A DNA stretch of 64,000 nucleotides. Origin: a virus. The stretch is from positions 1-64,000 of the IMG/VR virus record IMGVR_UViG_3300008261_000018, one strand, 5' to 3'. A program made the position numbers and the translations under genes. Below the pieces are notes generated by a model. The model ran no database searches. It saw only the letters and a program-made list of their open reading frames with translations, and was not told the origin of the DNA. Shown here one piece after another: positions 18,678 to 28,408 of this stretch; the first letter of the stretch is position 1; each line of letters opens with the position of its first letter.

Positions 18678-19340
18678 GTGTCCTTCTGCACGATCGTCGT
18701 TGCTCTGGCAGCTTCTCCCGTCGCGGCTGTTGCTGACGGCAAAGAGGTCCTCGAGGCCTACGCCGAAACCACTACAGACGAACCCGTCAATCTTTTGCTA
18801 CGTGTTCGCAGTGGCACCAGCCCCGCGCAGCGTTTCGCTGCCAAGAGCAAAGGAGACCTTCTGATCATCTCAGGTGATCTGATCCTCTCCACCGATGGCA
18901 ACCAGCCCATCATTTTGATTCGCACGCTCTGCAACGCCCAGCCCGATCAGTTCGTCAACGAAACACTGATCGTGGGCCGCCTCAGCAGCGATGCCAAGGA
19001 GTCACCCTCCTCCAAGAGCGTGAGTCGCAGCGTTGCCGTCAACCGCTACGTCAACCAGGAGGAGATCACCGACTGGTTCCGTGTTCGCGCTTACGGCTAC
19101 TCGAAGGATCGCCTTCAGCAGGCCGATAAAGGCTCACTCGTTTCCGTCAGCGGCGTTCTCGAGCAACGCCGCAACCGAGACGGAGCTCCCTACCCCGAGC
19201 TCAAAGTCCGCCAGATCAAGGTCCACAACAAGAGCCGAGCTAGCAGTAGTTCGGCCAAGGACCCCGCTGCTGGTACCTCCGCAGTTGGCTACAGCCACTC
19301 GGACTTCACAGAAGACCTCGACATGCCCTCCACCTGGTAA
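18678..19340 (+). CDS. ssb: Single-stranded DNA-binding protein (tandem OB-fold)
   Basis: LIVGRL..D...VAVNR...TDWFRV.A.G...KGSLVSVSG.L; acidic C-tail. Confidence 0.75.
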   Translation: MSFCTIVVALAASPVAAVADGKEVLEAYAETTTDEPVNLLLRVRSGTSPAQRFAAKSKGDLLIISGDLILSTDGNQPIILIRTLCNAQPDQFVNETLIVGRLSSDAKESPSSKSVSRSVAVNRYVNQEEITDWFRVRAYGYSKDRLQQADKGSLVSVSGVLEQRRNRDGAPYPELKVRQIKVHNKSRASSSSAKDPAAGTSAVGYSHSDFTEDLDMPSTW

Positions 19341-19346
19341 TCACCC

Positions 19347-20063
19347 ATGGGATTCTTTCCTTCTGACTACCGTCCGGCTTCCGGCTCCAGCGCAGGCAAC
19401 GACGCCGCCTCGTCGTCCAAGCGCTACTTCGAGTGCTCCGGCAAGTACCTCAAAGACGGCGAGAGCGTGACCCTGCGGCCCTGCGGTTCGCATGACACAG
19501 GCCACGTCATTGCCGGCTTCAGCTACTTCTCGATGGAAGGGCGGCCCAAGCGTTTCCCGAAATGGCCCGAGAACTACCTCGAGGACATCGGCCTGACCTG
19601 GGAAGCCAAGCAGAACGGCCTTGACCCCGCCGATCCTGCCAACCGCAGCAAGCCCAAGTACTTCCTCAGCTTCACCGCTCTGAGCCGCGAGGTCGATGAC
19701 TTCATCGTCGTCACCCTCGACAAGAAGGGCATCCGCGAGCAGTTCGAGGAGATCCTCGCCATGGAGGACTACACCATCCTTCCCAGCGGCGTCGCGAATT
19801 TCTTCGTGACGATCAAGCGCAAGGGCAGCGACATGAACACCAGCTGGCTGCTGACCCCTACCCTGAAGGCGCCGACCAAAGCGGACGAGAAGCGTTGGGC
19901 CGAATCCGGCCCCGGCATCTGGCTGCCTGCTCTCTACAACGGCGCCGATCCCTTCGCAGGGAAACCTGCCGACGGCCGGCCCGAGGGGCTGCCTCCTACC
20001 CATCGCGATGCCCTTGGTGCTGACCAAGAGGTAGCGACAGCCTCGATGCCAGAAGGCTGGTAA
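19347..20063 (+). CDS. Conserved phage protein, possible ssDNA-binding protein
   Basis: 238 aa; YLKDGESVTLR...IKRKG.....TSW; replication context. Confidence 0.55.
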   Translation: MGFFPSDYRPASGSSAGNDAASSSKRYFECSGKYLKDGESVTLRPCGSHDTGHVIAGFSYFSMEGRPKRFPKWPENYLEDIGLTWEAKQNGLDPADPANRSKPKYFLSFTALSREVDDFIVVTLDKKGIREQFEEILAMEDYTILPSGVANFFVTIKRKGSDMNTSWLLTPTLKAPTKADEKRWAESGPGIWLPALYNGADPFAGKPADGRPEGLPPTHRDALGADQEVATASMPEGW

Positions 20064-20082
20064 GTCTCTTTACCAACTCCTG

Positions 20083-20120
20083 AAAGCCCCTTTATGCGTT
20101 AGTTGCATAAAGGGGCTTTT
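20083..20120. terminator. Bidirectional intrinsic terminator
   Basis: AAAGCCCCTTTATGC...GCATAAAGGGGCTTTT between convergent genes. Confidence 0.8.
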
Positions 20121-20190
20121 GCTATAGGGCTTCTACCATTCGCAGCGCTTTTCGGGCTATGGTCTCAAGCCAAGCCGCGCGACTGATGCA

Positions 20191-20475
20191 TCACTCTGCT
20201 GCACCTTTCGTTAAGCCGCGCAACAGCTGCTCTGACCGCTGTTCACTCCAGTAGTGACCAGACATATTCTTTGCGGCTTCATTGGCTAGGAATCGCATCG
20301 CTGCTGGATAGGTCACCAAGACCTGCTGTGCCATCAGCTTTGAGATCTCTCTGAGCTCCTGTTCTGACGCTTTATCTAAGGCGTTAACGAACTGAGCCAG
20401 CCTGAGCTGCTCACCTACGGTCGGCTCAAAACTGGCGTCACCGCCAGCTTCCGGGTGTTCGATCATGGACACCAC
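20191..20475 (-). CDS. NblA-like protein (divergent)
   Basis: PTVGEQLRLAQFVNALDKASEQELREISKLMAQQ follows the NblA helix-loop-helix pattern LSLEQQF...MS.EQ....L..L..Q. Confidence 0.45.
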   Translation of the reverse strand: MVSMIEHPEAGGDASFEPTVGEQLRLAQFVNALDKASEQELREISKLMAQQVLVTYPAAMRFLANEAAKNMSGHYWSEQRSEQLLRGLTKGAAE

Positions 20476-20895
20476 GCCTCGTTAATTTGACCAACGCTAA
20501 CCATTTATCCGGGTCATGTCTGCTGTTGCCTATTACAAAGCCTGCTTAAACATATCATCGGTTTCCATTCCTTATTCAGGCGGCATTGCTCTCGCCATTC
20601 CTCCCAGGCAGATCCCTCCAGACGACTCCGACTTCCAAGCCCTTGACCTCCTGACTCAGTCGGGCGAACTGAGCGACTACCGGTACATTGAGGAGCAGTC
20701 ACAGCCGATCTTTCTTGCAACCCGACCCGACTCAGGAGATCGTTGACGCTCTTGAAGCCGCAAGGGTGTCAGAGGACGTTCGCGTTTTGATCGCCCGCTA
20801 CGGCTACGACGTCGTTGCACCCCTGTGGCAATACGTCAACCCGGCGCAACGCGGTGCCTTGGCTCTCGCCCGCAACTTCGACGGTGTCATCGTCC

Positions 20896-21327
20896 ATGAA
20901 CTCAGCACCCAGCCCGGACAGCCTGACCCTCTTTGACACCAGCAAGCTCATTCTCGATGAGCTGCGCAGGCACAACCAACTGCAAGAGCGCAGCCTGCAG
21001 CAGCAGGAGCACATCATGCAGCAGCTGCAGGATTTGCTCTACCTGATCAACGGCTTTACCTCCGGCGGCGCCAGCTTCAATGGCTACCTGCCGGATGCTT
21101 TCGTCTCGGCCTACCTCTCGATCCTCGGCCCCGTCCTGGCGCACAAAATCCAGAACGACGACATCGGCCTCGAGGAAATGATGAAGGGCGGCACCATGCT
21201 GGCTCGCCGTCTCCTGGAAGAACTCTCTGCCTACCGCAGCGAGCAGGGCGCACGAGACGTGCTCAGCGACGCCCTCGAGCTCCTTGACGATCCCTGGCAG
21301 CGCGATAGCTCCGAGGAGGAGGCATGA
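20896..21327 (+). CDS. Hypothetical protein
   Basis: 143 aa ORF. Confidence 0.6.
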   Translation: MNSAPSPDSLTLFDTSKLILDELRRHNQLQERSLQQQEHIMQQLQDLLYLINGFTSGGASFNGYLPDAFVSAYLSILGPVLAHKIQNDDIGLEEMMKGGTMLARRLLEELSAYRSEQGARDVLSDALELLDDPWQRDSSEEEA

Positions 21328-21533
21328 CCCCTCTGCGCTTGTTCCGTCAGTGGCGACTGATCACCGATCTCGCCAGCCAGAAGCGTCGCGCTCAACGTGA
21401 TCTTGACGGCATGCTCGTTGGCCTAGAAGGCAGGCACTATGAGATCACAGCAGAAGGAATGCGCTGGTCACTCACAATTTCTACACAATCTCCAGCTGCT
21501 CTAACTGTCGAAGCACTCGGTACTATTGAATAG
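21324..21533 (+). CDS. Hypothetical protein
   Basis: GAGGAGG RBS and ATGA overlap. Confidence 0.5.
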   Translation: MTPLRLFRQWRLITDLASQKRRAQRDLDGMLVGLEGRHYEITAEGMRWSLTISTQSPAALTVEALGTIE

Positions 21534-21758
21534 TTCTGGATTGCCATAGAGCTGGGCATGCTCTTTGTCGATCTCCCTGTTGATGCCAGCCACTGCTCGG
21601 ACTATGCGGTGGGCTACGACTGGCCTCTCACCTGCAAGCCAAGGGTCCCGTCGAGGACGTTCGGTAGCTCCTGGGTCGTTGTTCCTGTCTGACCGAACGC
21701 AAGGTCGACATGGCTTCCAGAATTGTCGCGCTTGCCCCGGAAGCCCTCCGGGGTTTTC
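21530..21758 (+). ncRNA. Candidate stand-alone structured ncRNA (~195 nt) plus terminator
   Basis: TACTAT -10 at 21521-21526; 5'/3' closing stem; nested multibranch stems; CCCCGGA/TCCGGGG-TTTT terminator at 21735-21757. Confidence 0.6.
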
Positions 21759-21824
21759 TATTGCTTGGCACTCTTTGATACAGACAAGTTGCTCTTCGTT
21801 ACATTGGATCAAAGCTGTTGATTC

Positions 21825-22592
21825 ATGCCCGCGCCAACGCGCTTTGAGGTCAACGGCGAACGCCATTACGCCACCGATAGGCCAGGCAAGGCCTATCCAT
21901 CGGTCACCACCATCCTTGGCAAGACGGCATCAGCCCATGCCAAGAAGATGCTCAGCAACTGGAACGCCAAGAACCCAGGCGGCAAGGAGGCTGCAGCCGC
22001 TCGTGGTACGGCCATCCACGCTGCCTGCGAGAACTACATTCGTGGCTTGCCCGTTAATGTCCCTGAGGCATACCTCCCATTTTGGGAGGGGCTCAGTCAG
22101 CACCTCGATCGCTACGACTACTTCCTGTGGTCCGAAAAGCCGCTCAAGCCTGAATGGAAATTCTGCACTGGCGAGGACGGGATCTCTCGCGTCTGGTCGC
22201 ACGAGTACGGCTTCTGCGGCTGCCCCGACCTGATCGGAGTCCGCAACAACGTCATCATCCTGGGCGACTTCAAGACTTCCAACCAGCCCTATTGCCGCTA
22301 CTTCCCCAAGGAAACCGATCGCTCCAACTTCACTGGCTGGAGCAAGATGAACAAATGCGGCTTGCAGCTCGCTGCTTACGCCCTGGCCGTTGAAGAGACC
22401 CTCGGTCTGCACGTCGACTGCGCTCAGATCCTGGTCAGTACACCCGAGATCGATCAGAACTTCTTCATCCACGGCGACGAGCTTGCACGCTTTCGCATTC
22501 GCTGGCTACAGAAGGTCCGCCACTACCGCGAACTCAAGGAGCTTGAGGCTCTCGCGCCTGAACAAGCAGAGCAAGAAGCTGTTCCTGCCTAG
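21825..22592 (+). CDS. PD-(D/E)XK exonuclease
   Basis: YPSVTTIL...RGTAIH...E...GCPDLI...DFKTS...LQLAAYA. Confidence 0.85.
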   Translation: MPAPTRFEVNGERHYATDRPGKAYPSVTTILGKTASAHAKKMLSNWNAKNPGGKEAAAARGTAIHAACENYIRGLPVNVPEAYLPFWEGLSQHLDRYDYFLWSEKPLKPEWKFCTGEDGISRVWSHEYGFCGCPDLIGVRNNVIILGDFKTSNQPYCRYFPKETDRSNFTGWSKMNKCGLQLAAYALAVEETLGLHVDCAQILVSTPEIDQNFFIHGDELARFRIRWLQKVRHYRELKELEALAPEQAEQEAVPA

Positions 22593-22616
22593 GCTGTAAC
22601 CAACAGCGGCATCTAT

Positions 22617-22931
22617 ATGCTGTCAACTCGTGTTCGCCTTAAGGCTGAATTTATCTGCGCTCGCATCGCCAAGCGACAAGAAGTTCAGCTGGCGGACATG
22701 CAGTGGATCCAGAAGTGGGCCAAGAGCAACCACACTGTTGACTCCATGCTGCGCCGTGCGCGACGGCAGGCCATCCATGGCGATGAACCGATGAGCGAAC
22801 TCGACGCGTTCATGCAAGCCATGGACCTGGGGGATCCCGACCCAGCCAATCATCTCAACGGACCGCAGAGCCCCGTCAACTTGGCGGAGTGGTTCTCGGA
22901 AGAACGAAAGTGGTTCCAAGGCAATGACTGA
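22617..22931 (+). CDS. Conserved cyanophage-type hypothetical protein
   Basis: MLST..RL...FIC.RI....EV.L.DM.W..K...DLGDPDP. Confidence 0.65.
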   Translation: MLSTRVRLKAEFICARIAKRQEVQLADMQWIQKWAKSNHTVDSMLRRARRQAIHGDEPMSELDAFMQAMDLGDPDPANHLNGPQSPVNLAEWFSEERKWFQGND

Positions 22932-23112
22932 CTCCACCCAGCTCCTCACCGAAGCGCTCCGGCTCCTGGCCACGCTCGAGGATCTGATGACGACAGCCGA
23001 CATCCTGGGCGATACGGTCGGCTACCACCGGTATCGCGATGCCGTTCACAACGCCAAGATCCGCTACGCCCGCCGGCATCGGCGCTACATCAACGAGCGT
23101 CAGCAGGCATAA
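22924..23112 (+). CDS. Hypothetical protein
   Basis: Overlap-coupled; ends at terminator. Confidence 0.5.
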   Translation: MTDSTQLLTEALRLLATLEDLMTTADILGDTVGYHRYRDAVHNAKIRYARRHRRYINERQQA

Positions 23113-23140
23113 AAAAAGCTCCCGCTGCGGTGGGAGCTTT
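23111..23140. terminator. Bidirectional intrinsic terminator
   Basis: AAAAAAAGCTCCC...GGGAGCTTT. Confidence 0.75.
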
Positions 23141-23168
23141 GTCCTTTCTCGTCTTGCAGACTAGCAGC

Positions 23169-23786
23169 TCAGGCAGCCACTGGCCCCCGCTTTTCAAACG
23201 CTTGTCGCACTGCATCAGACGCATAGCCGGTCACCAGGGCAAAACCCTCGACCATCTCGTCGTCATAGATGCCCTCGGTGGCCAACAGGTTCAGGGCCGA
23301 CAGCGTCAGACCCAAGCGTTCGCGGATCGCATCGCTCACGCCCGCCTGCTTCAGAGCCACGATCGGCCAGGTGTACGGCGCTGATGCGGCAGGTGCATTC
23401 TCGTCGCCGGCCATCTTGAGAGCCGCTTCGTGCATGGACTTCATCAGGGCAGGCAGGTCCTGCTGCCCGGCGCTGCTGCGAATCCAGCTCTCGACGTCTG
23501 AGAGGGACACACCGGTCAGATACTCGCCGGTCTCGTAGTACGCCACCAACGCGTCGAGGGTCACGCCCAGCTCCTTGGCCAGGTGCCGCTGGATACCCAG
23601 TCCAACTTTGAACGGCGGCACCACCTGCTTGAGGTATTTCGTCATGGTGCCGATCGTTATACCGATCCGCTCACTCAGCTCCCGCTGGGAATAGTTGTTG
23701 AGCGTCAGAGCTTGCAGCAGCGCTCGCTTGAAGCGCTCTGTATGCAGCTGGTCTTCCTGACCCCTGAGAACGGATGCACTGTCCAT
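23169..23786 (-). CDS. XRE-family HTH transcriptional regulator (repressor-like)
   Basis: SQRELSERIGITIGTMTKYL...LAKELGVTLDAL; divergent from the primase. Confidence 0.75.
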   Translation of the reverse strand: MDSASVLRGQEDQLHTERFKRALLQALTLNNYSQRELSERIGITIGTMTKYLKQVVPPFKVGLGIQRHLAKELGVTLDALVAYYETGEYLTGVSLSDVESWIRSSAGQQDLPALMKSMHEAALKMAGDENAPAASAPYTWPIVALKQAGVSDAIRERLGLTLSALNLLATEGIYDDEMVEGFALVTGYASDAVRQAFEKRGPVAA

Positions 23787-24032
23787 AATCGATTCACGGT
23801 CTTTGGCTTGCAGTGCGGCAACCATAGGTCGTCGAAATGGCCAAATGGGCAGGCTTTCGATTTGGTCCAGATTCGTGGACTGCGTCACTGTAAGACCCGT
23901 CGGCACTGCAGGCGGCACGTAAGAATCCCTGCACTGCAAGCGCTTTTACGAAATCTTGACGCTGCAGCTTGACGCCCGTGGCATCATCTGCGTGCGACAC
24001 GGCGTGCATGGTGCGCGCCAGAATCGCCATTT

Positions 24033-26501
24033 ATGCCTCACACGTCCCGCACTATGACGCTGATTTTCTGCACGCACCCGGCCATCAAGAACAAGCCGGA
24101 GCACTGGGATCCAGCCTTCGCCTCTAACTGGCAGGTCCAGAGCGCCGACCTCGAAGCCCTCAAAGAACACGTTGCCGCTGGCGGCGCCTTCATTCCAGCG
24201 GGCATGACCTCCGCGCATCGCAGCAGCAGCGCATTTGATGCAGCCGACCTCGCCGTTGTCGACATCGACAGCGGTCTGAGCACCGAGGACTTTCTCGCCC
24301 ACCCACTCGCACCCTCCGCCTGCTGGGCCTACACGACAGCGAGTCACGCGCCAGAACAGGGCAAGCACCGCTTCCGTGCTGCCTTCCGGCTCCCGACCCG
24401 CCTGCACGATCCTGACCTCTACAAGGCGGTCATCACGCTGCTGTCCCGTGCACTCGGTGGCGACAAGAGCTGCACTGACCCCTGCCGCCTGTTCTATGGC
24501 AACGACCAATGCACTCATTTGCTTTGGCAGCCGGATGCAGTACTGCCGTTTGAGCTGATCGATGACGCTCAGCGGGAAGCAGAGCGCCAGCGCCGGCACT
24601 ACGACCGGCAGACCGCTGACTACGACGAGATCTCGATTGACCGAGCAATCTTTTGCCTCGAGCAGATCATCGAACCCACCAACGATGGCGAGCGAGACCG
24701 CTTCATCAAAGTCACCGCTGCCGCTCGTTCGGCCGGGGACCGTCTCTTTACCGCCTGGTCCGACTGGGCCTCGCGCGGTCACCACGGCAAAGGCAAGAAC
24801 TCCCGCCAAACCTCAGAGAGATTCTTTCGCGGCCTGAACGGCACATCACTCGGCAGCCTGTTCTATCTCGCCAGCGAGGACGACCCCGACTGGCGCGACA
24901 AGCTGCCTGAGGAACTGCGCTCCAGTGGCGGCGAAAGCAAGCTCGGCATCTTCGGTGACGCCTTCGCTGGCTATGCCCATGAGGACTTCCTTGGCGAACC
25001 CGAGGAGCTGCCGCCCGACGAGGAGACCATGTCGCTCTTCGATGCCGAGCGGCCCTGGACTCGGATCGCTGTGGTTCAGCAACAGGGCGCTTCCGCCGCA
25101 GTGGTAGACGCCCCGCCCCGCATTCAGCACGTTGCCGCGCCCGAGCTCGATGAGGATTACGACGACGACTACGACGACGAACTTGGCGCCGATGACGACA
25201 TGTTCAACCCGCCTCTTGCCGCCGGGCGAGGCAACCTTGACCGGCAGGGGGGCGGACGCCCTGCAGCCGGTGCTGACCAAGACCAGATCGACCTGATCCG
25301 CACCCGTCTTACGCGCCTCTACCCAGGGCTCAGGCTCAATGCCATGAACCAGGAGATGGAGTTCGGCCCCAAAGAGAACCCCCAGCAGGTCCACGACATC
25401 ACAACCGCCTACGTCCGAATCTCTCGGGGGCTGCAGCGCGTCCTCCCAAAGATGCTCACGCACGACACCGCCAGCATCATTGCCTACGAGAACCGCTATC
25501 ACCCCGTCCGCAGTTACCTCGAGCACTGCGCGTCCTCGGCGGCCCCCTGCCCGTACTTCGACCGACTGGCCTCTGAGCTGCTTGGCCTGCCGCCCAATGA
25601 GATCGACAATCCACGCATGCCCAATGGCAACCTCGTTGCCGACGAGGTCATGCGTCGCTTCTTGATCGGCGCTGTGGCCAGGGTCTTCCAGCCCGGCTGC
25701 ACCCATGACTGGATGCCTGTCCTGATCGGTCCGCAGAACGCAGGCAAGACAACCTTCTATCAGTACCTGACACCGCCCAGCCCGAACGACCCGGGCAGCT
25801 ATCCATGGGTGACAACCATGCAGCAAGGCATCAGCTACATCAAGGACAAGCCCCACGTCCTGCACTGCGGCTGGGTTGTCGTCCTCGATGAAGTGGAGCG
25901 CTACTTCAAGCGAGCCACCACCGAGGAACTCAAGAACATCGTCTCGGTCAGCAACGATCGCTCTGCCAGGAAGTACGAGAACGAACGGTCCTTCCAGCGC
26001 GCCTTCGTCCTGGCCGGTGCCACCAACAGCAACGACTTCCTGGTGGATCCCACCGGCAACCGTCGCTTCATGCCGATCGTCGTGACCGGCAAGGTGCCGA
26101 GCCGCGAGAACCCCAAGATCAAGATCATCGACCTTGACCGCCTCAAGGCCGACCGCGACGCCATCTGGTCAGCGGCTTACCAGGCGTACCTCGATAACCC
26201 GGTCCATACCTTCTCCAGCTACGAGCTCTCCCACATTGCCGAGTACGTGGATTGCTTCACCCGCGACAACCCCGTCGATGATCCATTGGCTCGCGTCCTG
26301 GAGCGTAATCACAGCGGCTACCACCAGGGCCAGGTCTACTGGTGCCTCGCCGATATCTTCAAGTGGCTGGAGATCTCGATCCGCGACCAGTCATCCATGA
26401 CCATGGCGATCACCGATTCCCTTAAGCGCTCCGGCCACAAGCAACGTCGTTGCCGCATCGGCGGGCGGGTCCGCAGGATCTGGGTCAAGGGCGAAGACTG
26501 A
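24033..26501 (+). CDS. Primase-helicase (N-terminal primase-like/PriCT region, acidic linker, VapE/VirE helicase)
   Basis: VDID...YTTASH...RFR; HPVRSYL; Walker A GPQNAGKTT; VLDEVE; GATNSNDFLVDPTGNRRF. Confidence 0.9.
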   Translation: MPHTSRTMTLIFCTHPAIKNKPEHWDPAFASNWQVQSADLEALKEHVAAGGAFIPAGMTSAHRSSSAFDAADLAVVDIDSGLSTEDFLAHPLAPSACWAYTTASHAPEQGKHRFRAAFRLPTRLHDPDLYKAVITLLSRALGGDKSCTDPCRLFYGNDQCTHLLWQPDAVLPFELIDDAQREAERQRRHYDRQTADYDEISIDRAIFCLEQIIEPTNDGERDRFIKVTAAARSAGDRLFTAWSDWASRGHHGKGKNSRQTSERFFRGLNGTSLGSLFYLASEDDPDWRDKLPEELRSSGGESKLGIFGDAFAGYAHEDFLGEPEELPPDEETMSLFDAERPWTRIAVVQQQGASAAVVDAPPRIQHVAAPELDEDYDDDYDDELGADDDMFNPPLAAGRGNLDRQGGGRPAAGADQDQIDLIRTRLTRLYPGLRLNAMNQEMEFGPKENPQQVHDITTAYVRISRGLQRVLPKMLTHDTASIIAYENRYHPVRSYLEHCASSAAPCPYFDRLASELLGLPPNEIDNPRMPNGNLVADEVMRRFLIGAVARVFQPGCTHDWMPVLIGPQNAGKTTFYQYLTPPSPNDPGSYPWVTTMQQGISYIKDKPHVLHCGWVVVLDEVERYFKRATTEELKNIVSVSNDRSARKYENERSFQRAFVLAGATNSNDFLVDPTGNRRFMPIVVTGKVPSRENPKIKIIDLDRLKADRDAIWSAAYQAYLDNPVHTFSSYELSHIAEYVDCFTRDNPVDDPLARVLERNHSGYHQGQVYWCLADIFKWLEISIRDQSSMTMAITDSLKRSGHKQRRCRIGGRVRRIWVKGED

Positions 26502-26547
26502 GTCCCGCAATGAGACCAGTCTCGATCTGGTCTAACTTGATACGCCT

Positions 26548-26573
26548 GCCGCTCCAGTGAGGGCGGCTTTTTT
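26548..26573 (+). terminator. Intrinsic terminator
   Basis: GCCGC...GCGGC followed by T6. Confidence 0.75.
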
Positions 26574-26583
26574 GTGCTTGCTC

Positions 26584-26934
26584 GTCACGGGGTCACGCCA
26601 TCAGGAAGACCTGGCGTCACGCTGCATCCCTTGCAGCAAAGTGAGTCTTAGCCCGTGCCGGGGCGTGCTAGGCGATTTCTACCCCCTCTTTATTTGATGA
26701 GGCGCGACTCTCCCGCTTTATCTCCCTGCTTTTCCCACTTCACGTCGTTCTCGCTACGATGACTCGTGACATCGGTATGGGTTTTCTTGGTTGTCCCTCT
26801 AAACCAAGAAAGGGGAGGAATTTAATTTAGAAGTTGTAGAAATAGCCTGTCACCCCGTACACCCCGTCAGTCTCATTCCAGCGCAATGGATTTGCACGTA
26901 CCGGGGTCTGGCACACCTGCGAGACGCCGTGACA
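26584..26934. other. Putative replication origin (long imperfect inverted repeat around an AT-richer core)
   Basis: AGGCGATTTCTAC 26670-26682 vs GTAGAAATAGCCT 26836-26848; arms extend about 100 bp with GTCAC repeats; directly after the primase-helicase. Confidence 0.5.
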
Positions 26935-26993
26935 CAGTCTTGCAAAAAGCAAGACAGGGCCTACGATCTGTGCGACGTACGCTTCATAGGGCC

Positions 26994-27302
26994 GTGCCTC
27001 AGCTGTCTCAAGGCCAGTCTCATCCGCTCTACAAACAAGACAGGGCGATCATTGATCAACTGCTCCAGGCGCCCACCCCCGACGCTCAGCACTGCACCGA
27101 CGCCGGGCGGCTCATGATTCGCTACGACGGCTACCCCGGCTGCTACGACATCCAGCAGGACCTGCAGCGCTGCCTCGCTCGCTGGCAGATGTCGCGCGAT
27201 GACCTCAACCGCCGCTGCCGCTCCCTCTGGGCTGGCGGCTGGCGTCCCGCCATCGTCGATGCCATAGAGGTCGGCTCAGGCGCCGACGTCAACGCCGCCT
27301 GA
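26994..27302 (+). CDS. DUF3288-family cyanobacterial protein
   Basis: QSHPLYKQDR..ID.LL...RL.IRY.GYPG..DIQQDL...L..W. Confidence 0.75.
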   Translation: MPQLSQGQSHPLYKQDRAIIDQLLQAPTPDAQHCTDAGRLMIRYDGYPGCYDIQQDLQRCLARWQMSRDDLNRRCRSLWAGGWRPAIVDAIEVGSGADVNAA

Positions 27303-27509
27303 TCAGCGACGCTCCAGCTCTCGCAGCCGAATTTCGTGGTCACCGACGCGGCCTTCCAGGCCCTGGATGTCCTTTGACAGGTCGGTCCGCAGCATCTGCA
27401 CTTCGCGCAAGATTGCATCCATGCCGCGCTGCATCTTGCCTTGTTCAAAGGCCATGCGCCAAAGCGCACCTACTGCAGCAACGCCGATCACGGCTGCGAC
27501 TTCGACCAC
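27303..27509 (-). CDS. Small membrane/coiled-coil protein (holin-like)
   Basis: N-terminal TM and ...HEIRLRELE; TATACT hexamer 26 nt upstream. Confidence 0.55.
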   Translation of the reverse strand: MVEVAAVIGVAAVGALWRMAFEQGKMQRGMDAILREVQMLRTDLSKDIQGLEGRVGDHEIRLRELERR

Positions 27510-27577
27510 GCCACGGCGTCAGAGGCTCTCACTAAGTATAGAAATCTCCGTCTCATTCACGTCTCACATAAGCCACG

Positions 27578-28126
27578 ATGGACAACCTCAAACCACCCCG
27601 TCCGCCCAAGCACTGGGACCAGCGCTTTCTTGTCATCGCCTCTCACGTTGCCGGCTGGTCGAAAGACCCCAGCACCAAAGTTGGTGCCGTCGCAGTTCGT
27701 GATCGCCGCATCCTGGCGACCGGCTTCAACGGCCTCCCGGTCGGGGTTGCCGATAGCGAGACACGTCTCATGAATCGAGACATCCGTCTCAGCATGACCA
27801 CCCATGCCGAGATGAACTGCATTGCCTACGCCGCCCGGAACGGCGTTTGCCTCGCTGGCGCCACGATGTACGTCTGGCCGCTCATGACCTGCGCTACCTG
27901 CGCGGCCATGCTCATCCAGGCCGACATCACCAAAGTCGTTGTCCCCGATTTTGTCGAGCCCCTCCGCTGGCAGGAGAGCTTTGGCCTAGCCCGCGAGATG
28001 TTCATCGAGGCCGGCGTTGCCGTGCATCGCATCCCCATCAAGGGCCCGATCAACCCGATCATCGAGGAAGACGGCGATCACGCCGACGAGCTTGAGTCGT
28101 TGGGCTTGCAATGTCTTGCAGAGTGA
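27578..28126 (+). CDS. dCMP deaminase (ComEB-like)
   Basis: SKDPSTKVGA...TGFNG...HAE.N...C..CA. Confidence 0.92.
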   Translation: MDNLKPPRPPKHWDQRFLVIASHVAGWSKDPSTKVGAVAVRDRRILATGFNGLPVGVADSETRLMNRDIRLSMTTHAEMNCIAYAARNGVCLAGATMYVWPLMTCATCAAMLIQADITKVVVPDFVEPLRWQESFGLAREMFIEAGVAVHRIPIKGPINPIIEEDGDHADELESLGLQCLAE

Positions 28127-28157
28127 CTACCGTGGCGTGCGTTGATCACTCCTTGGT

Positions 28158-28406
28158 ATGGCTTCTCTCCGTCTTGGGGAGCGCGTCACGCATGCAGTTG
28201 ATGGGCGCAGTGCTCTGATCATCGGCAAGGCCGAGGCCGCTGGCTGGAACCGCGCCCTGATCCTGGTCGCCATTGAAGGCAGTACACGCAATGAGTACTG
28301 GCCCTTGCGTCACGTCGTCTCGCGTCCCAAGCGAGAACAGGTGCCCGCCTTGGGTGGTCGCTTTCAACCACCCAAGGGCTTTCCCTTGATTCCTGCTGCA
28401 GCTTAA
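28158..28406 (+). CDS. Hypothetical SH3/KOW-like protein
   Basis: LRLGERV start; beta-rich. Confidence 0.5.
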   Translation: MASLRLGERVTHAVDGRSALIIGKAEAAGWNRALILVAIEGSTRNEYWPLRHVVSRPKREQVPALGGRFQPPKGFPLIPAAA

Positions 28407-28408
28407 TC

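Noticed and set aside
21565-22233. 222-aa ORF spanning the candidate ncRNA and nuclease
   Set aside because: Atypical composition, crosses a terminator and overlaps the well-supported nuclease in another frame
24846-25865. Long antisense ORFs (also 241-903, 1135-1974, 11427-12305, 23946-24809, 31359-32231)
   Set aside because: Shadow ORFs caused by high GC3 bias of real genes on the opposite strand
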